Source of the DNA: Trichoplax adhaerens
Lineage: Eukaryota; Animalia; Placozoa
Direction of reading: 5' to 3'
DNA: 64,000 nt
NCBI RefSeq assembly: GCF_000150275.1
Contig: NW_002060956.1
Location: 928,280-992,279, forward strand
This document shows positions 38,127 to 50,900 of the stretch, piece by piece (the first letter of the stretch is position 1; each line of letters begins with the position of its first letter). The position numbers and the translations under genes were made by a program. Below the pieces are notes generated by a model. It was not told the origin of the DNA, made no database searches, and saw only the letters and a program-made list of their open reading frames with translations.

Positions 38127-39540
38127 TTTGCACAAATTTGGAATTAAATATTCTGTAATCTTGAAATTAGTTTGCAAGGTCTATATCGCGATATCAATTC
38201 GAAGATTTATGAAGGGAATAAATTTGCTGAAATTGCCTGGTCTTGCCTATCTTTTATACCTACACGCAATTATTTACGATTACCATTGGGTGGTGTTGGT
38301 GCAATGTTTTTCATATAAAGCGATTTCCAGTGGTAGATTTAAACCCTAGTATCAAGCCTTGCTCATCACTATAGTATACGATCCTTTCTAAAACAGAAGC
38401 AGTAAATATAATGAGGTGTTTATTTTCTGAAAATATTTGTGTAGGCTAATACCAATACTATGGTGTTATTATTTTGTTGCTTTAGGGTTAAATGCGTGAA
38501 TAATGAGATACTGACATAATTTTATTCTGCACAGCGGATTCATCGAGAAATTGTTGTTCACCTTAAGAGAATAACTGCTGAACCCTTTGAAAAGAAGTTT
38601 CATTATTATCTAGACATCATCTTGAGAGTAATTCGTTGTTTCTTCCTACACACACGAAAGTTTACGCCATTTGTCATCAGAATTTCACTAGGTCTTTTAC
38701 AAATTAACAAGAAAGCCGAGTTCAATCTGGCCATTGAGCAGATTTAAAATGTGTACTGAACATTGACAGGATTAAAACTTGAAAGCAGTAACCGATGGTG
38801 ATCCGCACGTGCAATAATAGACGTTGCTCTTAAGATCATTGGTAGTAGCATAGACTACTAGATATACCATGGTAGTAGTCGCGACATTTCTACTGCTTGT
38901 TGCTGCCATAGAGATAAAGCAAAATAAATACCAGACCTTAGTGTACTTTCATATACTCCTACATATATCGTAAATTTGCAATCATCATTATATTGTATAT
39001 GACTACAAGCTAAATTAATGAATTGTCATCAAAGTTCAACATGCAGTTAATATCTTAAAATATCCATGCAGTCTTTTGCCTGTAGTAGTAAAGAGATATT
39101 GCTTGTTTGCTTAGCTTAATCTACCCCACTAGTTGAAGGATGGTCACATAGTTCATATTGGCAGTTACGTGATCTATGAAATATCTTCATGTAGAAAGGT
39201 ACCGTTACTGCATATAGTGTACGTGCAGTATATTAATTAACGATTACTATCCACTCTTACTCGCCTGTAAAGATTTGACATTATAAATTGTACTAACAAT
39301 CCTTGCTAGCCATTTTTGTCTATTTTGCGCAACGGTGATATATAATAACGTTAGTACTAAACATAACATCGTCATATCTTCTTCATTCTATACTATATTC
39401 AATCATAGCATAACAAAAAGGTCAATCTTTGTCGTTTGTAGCCAGCCATATGTCTCAACATTCTATAACTAAGAGAAGAGAAATGATCAAATCTATCCCC
39501 ATCCCCTTTATTTATACTGAAACTTGGCCAGATTAATATT

Positions 39541-40647
39541 ATCAACGATTATCTTATGCCGTTCCATGTAAAGGAAAAATGAAAATCGTCGTATGATTAT
39601 GCTATCAGCATACGGCAACGTAACGACAGAAACTATAGCCAATTACATATCGCAAGATATTACTCTAATTTAGGACTCTGCTGATGAGCCAAATTATAAA
39701 TGTACTCAAAGAGAACATTATAAGAAGCGTGTTGTAATTTAGTAATGGTTATTGTAACTTAGCAGGTTTACTTGGTATTGCAACGAGTACTTAATACCAG
39801 GCACTGTGTGCCATAAAGGAGTTCTTACATATCGATTTTAGGCAACTTTAGTGATTAATGTTTGTTTCTTACATCGTTATCTATTTGGATAGGAAGGAAT
39901 AAAACAGTTTAAAAGAACGCATCAGGATGCTACTCGATGCCAAGGTCTTAACTAGAGTACCGTAGCGTGAAGCTAAAAGATATATATATATACTAGAGCG
40001 AAACGATAACAGTATGAAATAAAATTGAAATGTTTAGTTACAGCAGGAAAAGAGAGAAAACAGCACGCACTGCGTGTTTATTACTGTCATGTATATTATA
40101 GTACCACAGCAGCACTATAAACGAAAATTATATAATTGTATACCGTATAATTAACTAAAATAATAAGAAGAAGAATTTGCTGTATCTGTCCAGATTACAG
40201 GAAAGCAACGTTTGAAAATTGAATTTGTCTATATGTTATCATGATCAGAATACAGTATTCTAAAATAAGTGCAGTAATAAGCGTATATGCGATAATCGGA
40301 TACCGGTAAGTGATATGCATATAATATACTCAGTACGAAGAGACAGTGATGATAATGTAAAGTAAAAAGGACAAATACATGCATATCCAGTCTATATCGT
40401 GTACGCGAAGCACTGTATAACGAGCGTGGCTTCTACCAGTGTCAATGATTATATCATACCGTTCCATATGAGGGAAAAATGGAAATCGTTATATGATCTT
40501 ACTATCAATATATAAGGCAACGCAATAACAGGAGCTTTTGCCTATCACATACTGTATATCGCAAGATACTACTCTAATTTAGGATTGTTCTGATGTACAG
40601 TTCTGTGCTGCATATAAATGTACCCAAAAGAGAACACTATAAGAAGC
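39541..40647. repeat. Diverged direct repeat pair of ~190-205 bp (39541-39728 and 40441-40647)
   Basis: Collinear shared blocks CCGTTCCAT, GGAAAAATG.AAATCGT, GGCAACG, TATCGCAAGATA.TACTCTAATTTAGGA, TATAAATGTAC and AAAGAGAACA.TATAAGAAGC, with substitutions and indels. Confidence 0.85.
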
Positions 40648-40769
40648 TGCACCATATAGGAAATGAAATGGAGATACTGTACGTAGATGTTTAGCTACAG
40701 AAGCACAACTTCTAATCCTGCAGTCTGTCCGTGGCATCGCTGAGCAGGTTCAGAAATCAACGGTGTGTG

Positions 40770-40806
40770 GTATCTAGGTAACCCGCAGCGACTGTATCTA
40801 GGCAAC
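40770..40806 (+). promoter_or_regulatory. Two tandem RFX X-box-like sites upstream of the ciliary gene
   Basis: GTATCTAGGTAAC (40770-40782) and GTATCTAGGCAAC (40794-40806), ~480 bp before the CFAP97D2-like ATG. A weaker GTATTTGGCAAC lies at 41015-41026. Confidence 0.7.
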
Positions 40807-41277
40807 AACAACATCGTCAATACAGTTCGCTGACCATCCATTAACGAATAAGAGCTAATGAATTACTACTATATTCTACAAAGCTGTTTAGCTACTCGAG
40901 TATAAGTTGACAACTCAATAGTAATATCATCATTTCTACACTTTTGAAAAGTTCTAGTCAACACGTATATAAGATAATTCAGTATAGTTGCAGATTAGAA
41001 TCATTTTGGTATAGGTATTTGGCAACTATCTATCAGTGAGCATTCAGCAGAGGAGCAAGACTAAATTGAAAAGATTTAATTTTCCCGAGAATAGATTGAA
41101 GCAGCTATTCCGGATTTTTGATTTCATTATTACCAAACACAAAAATAACAAAATAGGAAAAAGTCGATCACATTCTCCATTGAAATAGAAAATATTCATC
41201 AATTAATCGAAGCAACGTCTTTAATTCCTTCTTGCTATTTCTAAAATTAATCAATTAACCCTCAACCCTATAACAAA

Positions 41278-44200
41278 ATGCACCGAAGCTATCAATCGAT
41301 TAATCCTTCTTCTAGTAAGATACTACAAAAACGTTGGGACGAAAGTAGTTACGACATTCATCGAAGGAAAGTAAGTATGATTTTATAATAAACTTAAATC
41401 TCATAAAAAATCCTAGTACTTGAAATCGTTTGAACTTTAATCCATCAACACATAATCTAGATCCAACGTTATACTATGTAAGGGATGGATTCTTTCACTT
41501 CGGTGTAATACAACTTTTATGTCATATTTTTTTCTATATCCTTATAATTTAGAATATACATGTAGCTAAAAGTCCAGTTATTTACCGTCCATTTTAGTAC
41601 AACACAAAGACTTCATTCTAATACACAGTAGACAAATAGGCGCACTAATATTAATTAACAAGCCTTCATTACCCATTTAATTAACTGGTTAACTATTCTT
41701 TTCTCTAAAATTTGATTTACTTTCCATATTTCTTGGCTCTCAAACTACACACTAGTTATAATTTTGAGCTAGTTGGTGAAAATAAAATTTTTCTGCATTT
41801 GATGATTCCAATAAATAATCAATCGCTATTACATAAGAATATAGAGAATGAATTTAATCATCCGTTTCCACCTTTATAAATATAATCTATTTGTACAGTT
41901 AAATACAGTATAACATATTTGGTGTAAAGAAATATAGCCACTCAACTGTTAAATCATATTAATGAGTACTGATAGCGCTAATACATTAGCTACCAAGTAA
42001 ACATGTCGATCGATGATCAGTAATAAAGCATTACAATGATATCATTAATGTATGCCCCAACTTTTTAACAACATACTGATAAACAATCTTATGATTGATT
42101 AAAGAATCACATCATTTTACCCCAAAATCATACTCTAAAATCAGTTTTTCAATGATACTTCTAAGTTGATCATTAACGAAATATATAAATCAACCATCCT
42201 GTTTAGCAATGAATAACGTTTTACCAATTCCGCTTATTGCGAGATGGAAAATTATAAACTGCAACGCCCAAGTAAAAAGCTCAAATAAAAAAATCTTAAG
42301 ATTGATATAAAATCATACTCGTTTCGTAGTTGCTTATCAAAGCAGATTGACCATAAGTACAGTAGTAAATTTTGATAAAAGGATCTCGTTTTAATGATAA
42401 ACTTCCAACGCAATTAGATTAGAAGCTACAGCATCTAAATATAGTTGCTAAAGTTTATAGTTTGAAAGTAATAAAATCCAAATTCTGTAGAGCGTAAGAA
42501 AATAAATCTTAACTGATAATATCTTCCTAAATAGCTTCATTTTCAACAAGACTCCAACCTATTTCATCTATTTGAAATAGTTTAATTCCCTTCAAATTTG
42601 AATTTGTTTCTATGAAAATATTTTCTAATTCCATATCTATTAATGCAACAATTCAGCATTTCTAGATACAGATAAACTACCATATAAATATACTCATATA
42701 TCGCGAAATTGAAAAGTTTAAAATAATGTCTAATATTTAGAGTTATCGTAAGATCTGTTTCTTTGACCTTTGTCAATCTAATCAGTAGTTGGATGATTAT
42801 TGCCTTTCGACGTATAGAGAGAGATAAATGGCAATTGTAGTATTCAACTCAAAACGCAGTATTAATGGAAGTGAAGTGTGTTTAAGTTTTCGTCAGTACA
42901 CCCATATATACTCTTTAAATTCCCCTTTCTTTCTCAATAAAATATTAATTAACTATCATAACGAGAAATAATAATGCTATAACATGATTTTCTGACTTGA
43001 ATAGATTAAAAATCTAGCATTGTACGGTTGATTGCAATTTCAACAATAAAGTGAAAAAAGTACCTGAATTATTATTACAGTTATTAATATTTTATTGAAA
43101 ACCATTTAAGTTCTATATTTTCAAATTTACCCTTGTTATAGTATGTATAAAACAAAAAATTCAAATTAATCTAATAAAACTCTTTGCATTTTGCTTTTTA
43201 CATGCATTCCAATATTTAGTTGCAGAAAGCAAAATCTGTTGTAAATAACAAGCCTCCGCAAACATACATGCATTTACATACCAAATTGAAAAAAATCCAA
43301 ACAGAAGAAGAACGTTTAGCTGAAATCGAAAAAGACAATCGTTTATTGCTAGAGAAGATGTCTGGTATTATGAGAACCAGAGGAAGAATCGATAACGTCA
43401 ATAGTTATGATCATAAAAGGTAACTAAAAGAGAGGAAGGCCAACATATTTTATTTCGTGTTGTTTACGTTTGGAAATAGTTTATAGTAATATACTTATTA
43501 GTAAAATATGTCTAATCATTATTTCATAACCAAGCAAATACAAGTTCTAGTACCCCTTGGTAAGAATACTTTCATTATTTTATTGCACAGCATGGAAGAC
43601 TGCATAAAGACTCAACAATATTATGCCATAGTATAATTGAAATGTATAAAATTATTCTCATATTGTAACAGCAACTTCGTTTGCATCCGCACTCGCAACA
43701 TATTATTAAACAACGTAAAACTGTCCAGGCTTATTAAACAGTTGCAACTTAAGTGTTTAATATAACTTAGTGATGCGTAACAAGAATATATTCATAGTAC
43801 TAAAGATGGTGATAGATGTTTATAGACGATAAAAAAAATGTTTCTGGAATATTAGTAATTATTTTAGTCTATTACTAAAATGTAGTGAAAAGTAGTATTG
43901 CGTTGAATACGTATTAATGTCAATTAATAATTCCATTTTAGCTTGAACAAAATAAAAAGACAACGTGATATGTTGCGTGTTACGAGTGAAAATCAGCAGA
44001 TATTAAAGAGAATATCTGCTAAAGAACCGCACTATAAGCATCAAGCTTGGGTAAGATTTTGTTTTTTTATATTTTATGAAACAGCATCTAATTTTAGTTT
44101 TTTCGTAATCGAGTATTCCATTGCTAGATACAATTATAGCAATAAAATCATCTAACTTTAGTTACTTCTTGAGATAAAGTATTCTGCTACTTTCATAGTA

Positions 44201-45053
44201 CGAGATGTAGCAAAATAAATATAATATACAACAAGTTTAACGTTGCAGTAATTTGCAATATGCATTTATAGTCTACCATGCAGATGCAAAGCAAAGTTCT
44301 ATTTTTACTGATAATTGATAAATGCACACTATGCTGTATGAACTATAAAATCTTATGCAGCTATAAGCCTCTTATGATAAAGACCGGTGCGTTAAAGCAT
44401 TCTCTAATGCTTGTTAAACCTTCGAATGAAATATTCTATTACTATACTAGGATGATGACTGGAGGAAAAACCAACAATTTATGGAAAATATAACTCGATT
44501 TCCTAAGGATGTATTAGCGCAGCAAGTGGCTAAAGGCAAGCGCACAAATAAGAAAGATCCATCGGCTTCGGACGAAAGCCCGTCAAAATCAGATGATGAT
44601 AGTCATGATGATGACAAAAGCAAAGTAACTGAACAAGCTGACAGTAGCAATGCAGCCGATCAAGATGCTAGTAAAGCTGCTCAAGATGAAGAAATTAATG
44701 AAGCTATTACTGAAGATCAAAATGCAACTCAAGACCAGCAGGAGAAATCCTTAGAAAAGCCTAAAACCCCTGAAGTGTCCGCTGAAGCTGAGGAAGCGAC
44801 ACCAGTAATATCAACAGAATCAGATGCCAACGCTACGATTACTGCAAATGCTACAGAAAGTAGTGATAAGAGTCAAGAAAAGAAAGCTTCTACTCCAACT
44901 ACAGAAGAGTTTCGGCCTAAAAGTTCAGCATCGGCCAAATCAGTTAAATCAGCTAGTTCTGCTAAATCCATTAAATCTGCAAGCTCTGTAAAATCAGCAA
45001 AATCAGCTGCTTCAAGATCCAGTCGTTCTAGTAAGTCAAGCCACGATGATTAA
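41278..45053 (+). CDS. CFAP97D2: CFAP97-domain (KIAA1430/hemingway family) ciliary protein, CFAP97D2-like; 4 exons, ~334 aa
   Basis: Exons 41278-41370, 43220-43419, 43942-44050, 44451-45053. Translation: MHRSYQSINPSSSKILQKRWDESSYDIHRRKLQKAKSVVNNKPPQTYMHLHTKLKKIQTEEERLAEIEKDNRLLLEKMSGIMRTRGRIDNVN...SLNKIKRQRDMLRVTSENQQILKRI, then an acidic and S/A/K-rich tail. Confidence 0.9.
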
Positions 45054-47922
45054 GTATTGCGTGATTTTCCTCCACGACTTTACTGGATATCTTTAAAGTT
45101 ACCTTATAAAGGATTTGGCAAATGTTTATGCGATACTATTTTCCTTTTGCTATCACCATGAAAAAAATACTAGTGATAAATCTAGTTGTCTCAACCAATA
45201 GAATCGTAACGATTAATATTTGCATGATTATTTATCATTACGATCGCTTTTAAATTACTTGACGACAGTATCTTTTTGCTACTCTGGATAGATTAAGAAT
45301 TATTTTGTTTTACTTTTACAACGATGAATATGCATCTTATATTTAATAACTAATTCTGAAACAAATTTTTCAGGACAAATTAAGGCCTGATGTCTAGAAC
45401 TACGGTGTATTAAGACTAATCATTTGCTACCCGTATAAAACAAGATATCACCTTTATTATAGAATCTTAATGATAATAAATACAATTTTAAGTTCTAAAG
45501 TAACTTACTGTAAGCGTTTTACAACTTCTAAATAATTTTTGCTACTATTATAACTCAAACCAGAATTATAAATAAAATACAGTGAACGGTAATATAGATT
45601 CTTCTGCAATAATTAGCATTCTTATTAGCATATTTTACTATGATCATTTCTATTAATTATCATCACATTTAGATTGGTATAGAGATTATGACTAGTTTCT
45701 TACGTTGTTAGGTTAATATTTACCAGTTGTTAATCAGTTGCATTTAAATAATTGAAGATTAATATCTGTTATTGTATATTTATTCATGTTATCAGGAAAA
45801 AATCAAAATAAAAAGATTATTTAAAATTTGAACTTTAAAGTTTAATTAATTCAGTATCATCTCAATATTTCGGTCACACGCACACATTTGTATTCAGTTA
45901 TAAAAAAAGATTATATCTATTTCTCTAATAATATTTTGGATTTAAATCAATTTTATACGTGACTCCCTATCATTATCCCGTGTATTGCATAAATATCTAA
46001 AAGAGGACTGAAGTACTGTGTAATAAGCACAAAAGGCTACTTCAGTCTCTGGCACCTCTTTCAAACGTAGGAATTGTAGTAATTAGTTAAGATGAAGAAT
46101 TGGCTGTTCTTCTGCATACATATTTCATCAAAATTGCTACTAGTGGAAAAAGGTCTATCTGGAATAAAGTCTTTTCGGAAACATCGGTGTTGAAATGTCA
46201 CCACTAAATATTTATAGATAGCGCACAAAGCAAGATAGTTAATATGTTCGTATTGCGCGCTTCCGAGTATCGCAATCTGCATTTTATAGTACGGATGGAA
46301 ATTTGGTAACAAATTTGGTATTCCTTGTTATGTGAGAATTTTACCTTTTTAATGATAATTCCAATAATACTTTTTTAATATACTATATATAAACTATACG
46401 CAAAGGACAGTATTTTGTAAAGTAGAATTTTTCTAAAAAAATGTAACGAACTTTCACTATTAATTTTACGTCTGGTAGCTGTAGTTTGCTTTAGAAGATA
46501 AAAACAGCTCAAACAAGAGTTTTGAAAAATATCTAGCTGTTTCGATTTTAAATTCTTTACTATTACAAATCAATCAATAATAAATATCCCTATATGCTAA
46601 CAATGTGTATTGTAGCTGTTCTATAATTCTTTTATAAAAATTTGACAGCCAGATACGTATGAGGAAAAATTCTTGGATTTTATGTCATACTTTAGACCAC
46701 AGTATTCTTATGGAAAATACTAATTTCCGATAGCAGAGCCATCTGAGATGATGACTATTTTATAAGGTAGTTAATTTTATTTTATTACCAGCTAGATTTA
46801 GAATGACATTGCAATAAATTATTTTAAAATAAACGATGCTTATTTTTAAAAGAGGAAAACTGAAATAATTCTGATATTAAAATAAAAATAACGACAGAAG
46901 AAAAGTCTATACATGTTCTTATTGAAACATTAGAAGTAAAAGACATAAATTAGAGTAATAATAATTATTGATGCTTAGACATAATTATTGAATATATCTA
47001 ATAAGATTATTCTACTCAAATTATCATCAATTATTCATTGTGAGTTAGAATTTAGCAGTGAGATTAATTGTTACTAGATAGTAATAAATTACAGCAGCTA
47101 AAATATTTAGCGATAAATATAGTTAGTAGTTTATAGCTTTAATGAAATTTATAGAGACAGTTTTATCACAGCACAATACTTTGATTAGACATATTCAATA
47201 TACATTACATCCTTATCATAAAGAATATCATATGAGAATCGTTGGTCTACCTCTTTCTAATCACAATATATTGTCTTCGTTATTAAAGGTAGCCCTTAGT
47301 ACTACTTATAGAGAAATTATTATAGTCCGAGTACTCTTTACTGTTATCACTTGTCGCAGGTAAAAGACAAATTTTTGTACAAGTTGGTATAATGTTATTT
47401 TACATTGGATAAAATTCTAATACAAATTCTGATATTAGAATTATATATGGTTACTACCTATACTACTTCATTAACTCCGTATTTATATTCTCTTAGAAGT
47501 GTATTTGATAATTTATATTGCCATAAATAATGATGAGTAAGCTAAATGCTATAAAGTAATTACTAACCTTAGGAAATTTGATCAATTTAATGACTGCATT
47601 ATAATAATACATCCTACTATTTTGCAGAGCGAATAATTTTTACCTATCCGTTAACACACGTTTCAAGTGGTTGATCCATAATATCATTAGTAAATTTATG
47701 TTAAGATTGAAAGCTTGAAATAAACTTATTGTGGATAATTAGTCATCCCAATGTCAAAACAGAAATCGATGAAATCTTGTAAATTGTTATTTATCTTCAT
47801 TAGTTATAGAATCCAATAGAAGAATTAAAAATTAAAATGTATTACGAAGAGAATCCAACGTAGCGATTGAATTAAAACTAGATGGGTAAAGACAATGAAA
47901 GGAAGTATAAAGACTGAAGTTC

Positions 47923-50900
47923 TTATACTATATTGTCTGCAATCCATTCATCAGGGTCGTAATAGTTATCATTAGGATCGTCAATTTCTACTTTAGGTAA
48001 TTCTTTATTAGAGCCAACATAACCCTTAAGCCAGTAAGTAATGACATTGCCCTTTCCCTAATGAGATAGAAAAAAAATTAAAAATCGTGACTTATATCAA
48101 AAATTTTGCCAACTCAAGGTAATAAGAATAGCTTTATCGATGGAATTATAAGTTCTGTGACCTAGACCGTACTGACTATAACTCTGCTTATTTGAATTGA
48201 TAACATTACAAGGTTAAGTATATTTTCAATTTGTTCAGTAATAGTCCAATAAGGCATTAGGCGATTATAACTGATCACCAAGATAGGTTGGTTTACCTTA
48301 ATAAAGATGGAACCTCTTTCCTTTAATTTAAATCCACCGATCTCCTCTAACACATTTCGGCAGGCTTGACTTACATGAATGCGTAACGCTAAATATATGA
48401 GAATTTGAAAAGATCACGAGGCTAATATTAATTTTATGAACTAAAATAATGTTCCTAACTGTTGAGAGATTCAATATGAATTTTCAAAATTTTCATTTTA
48501 TTACGTTTTCCGTTTGATTCCATTCGCGATGCAACATTAACGGTATCCCCAAATAAACAATAACGTGGCATTTTCAAACCAACAACCCCTGCTGCACATG
48601 GACCTAAGAGCGTGAGGGTATATTTTATAACGGATTTTAATGAACTCGATAAAGTGATGTATTATTATAATAAGTTGCTATGGAATATAAATTAGTATAA
48701 TAATCCTACCTGAATGAATTCCAATTCGTAGTTTTAATTGTACACCTGGTCTATGTCGAATTGTGAATTTAGTCATAGAACTAAGTAAATCTAACGCCAA
48801 ACGGGCAATTTCTGATGCATGCTTGATACCATTATTAACGGGTAAACCAGAAACTACCATATAGGCGTCGCCAATGGTTTCAACCTAGAACGAATATTAA
48901 ATTTTTTCGTAGTTTTAATAAGAAAGCAATTGGCTATAAATTCATAGTGTTCTAAAGCATGATATCAGTACTCGTTTTTTTGGGTACATGTCTGAGATTA
49001 TATCTCAAAGTTCATTCTATAGAAAGTGTATCTAGTTATGTATCACATACTGTAGATATGTGTAAGGACAAAACAATACTCATACCCTATTTTAATTCAA
49101 AAAAAGAAGTACTCTATTATAGATAAAGTGTCGACATTCTATCATTATTAAATTAATATAAGTAGATGTATATGATCTGCACGACAGCATGAAATATAGG
49201 AAAGATTTGATGGACAAATATGTATCATATCGAAGATCCATAAATTCTTTTAGAATTTATTAATAATTTCAATTTACCTTATAGACATGATAAGAATCTA
49301 TAATGGCGTCGAATAAAGTATAGAGATCATTCAGTAAATCGACCACTTGCATTGGAGTACTTTCAGAGGCCAAATTAGTAAATCCCACTATATCACTGAA
49401 AAAGATGGTAACATCATCGAAGCTAACTGCTGTAACTGTATTGCCAGCCTTTAACTGTTCAGCAACGGATCTAAAAAAATTATTTTAAGTCGGGCATTAC
49501 ATTAAACTTTAAATTACTAATTTTAGTCTATTTTAATGTTTACTAGTTGTATTAGAGGTCTTCTTTCATATTTAAATTAGTGCATTATATACCTTGGTAA
49601 CATTCGGTACAACAATTCGTCGGTTTTTCTTTTTTCAGCTATCAACTGATGTGTTCTTTCTTCAACTAATTCTTCTAAATGATCAGCATATTTTTCCATC
49701 ATGGAGATCATTTTATCTACCAAATTCATGGATCTGCAAAGATTTAATTGCGTAAATTACTATGCGATACAGTCATGTATTGAGAAAATACCAGTGTTGT
49801 GTGCAACAATAAAAGGATGTTGATTAACACCGTGAAATATCAAGGTCTTTTGAACACCATCTAATAAAGCATAACTAATTTTAATCTTCGATTAATTTGA
49901 ATAAAAAGTCTATTCTATAAATTTAAACGTAGAAATACATGATTAATGGACATACTTTCCATCTGCAAATGTTCGCAGCTTGTTTTTAATAAGCGAAAAT
50001 GAAGGTCTCATTTCAGGATTTTCTACCCAACAGTCATCCATCAAGGCTAACCATTGATTCCTACCGTCTTCTCCTTTCGTACAGGGGCGAAATGGCGGAC
50101 TTTCACAGTTCATAATTCGTTCAATAATATCTTTTGGTGATAAATCGCTGTTACTATATGGTCCGTTTCTTGTAAAGATCTCGTAGATAATGATCCCAAA
50201 GCTGTAGATATCGCCTTTTTGAGTTCCATATGGATTATCTTTAAAATTCATATCTCTTAATAATTCAGGTGCTCTCCAAAATAAACCTATAAATAAGGTA
50301 TGAATATGAATTACTAATTACTTAAATCAAATTTACTTAAAAACGATAATAGAAAGATATATGTGTATGATATCGCATGTGGCATTCCATTAAAAAAAAC
50401 AATAATTAATGTAACCCTAATAGATCTTACGGTTATTTATGAATATCACATTCTTAGCTATATATACTCGTTCATATACACGTTGAGCAGTATGCAAAAA
50501 GCGAAGATGGCTGTAAGCTATCATACTTTGGGATTGTGCATGTTCTCCACGATGTAGTGCTATTTGCTCATCATCTTGATTACTTTTAAAAGTCGCTAAA
50601 CCATAATCCGTAATTTTGCAAACCCAACGGCTATCAATAACACAATTAGAGGACTTTAAACTGCCGTGAGATTTAATTGACGAACAGTGTATATAATGCA
50701 TTCCCTATATGATGGATAGAAGATGATTAATTTATTTAAGAATGCACGGATACTATCGATATTCTTAGGCTATTTTATTACCTTTGCAATATCCATAGCA
50801 AATGATAATTTGAAAGTATCATCTAATTTGATATCGTCATTTTCTAAAACATCCTATACGCGTACAATGATATTAATAAATTTATTTTAATATGTGTCTA

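Noticed and set aside
46002-46050. 10-bp perfect stem GACTGAAGTA/TACTTCAGTC between convergent 3' ends
   Set aside because: Isolated hairpin with no family motif; could arise by chance.
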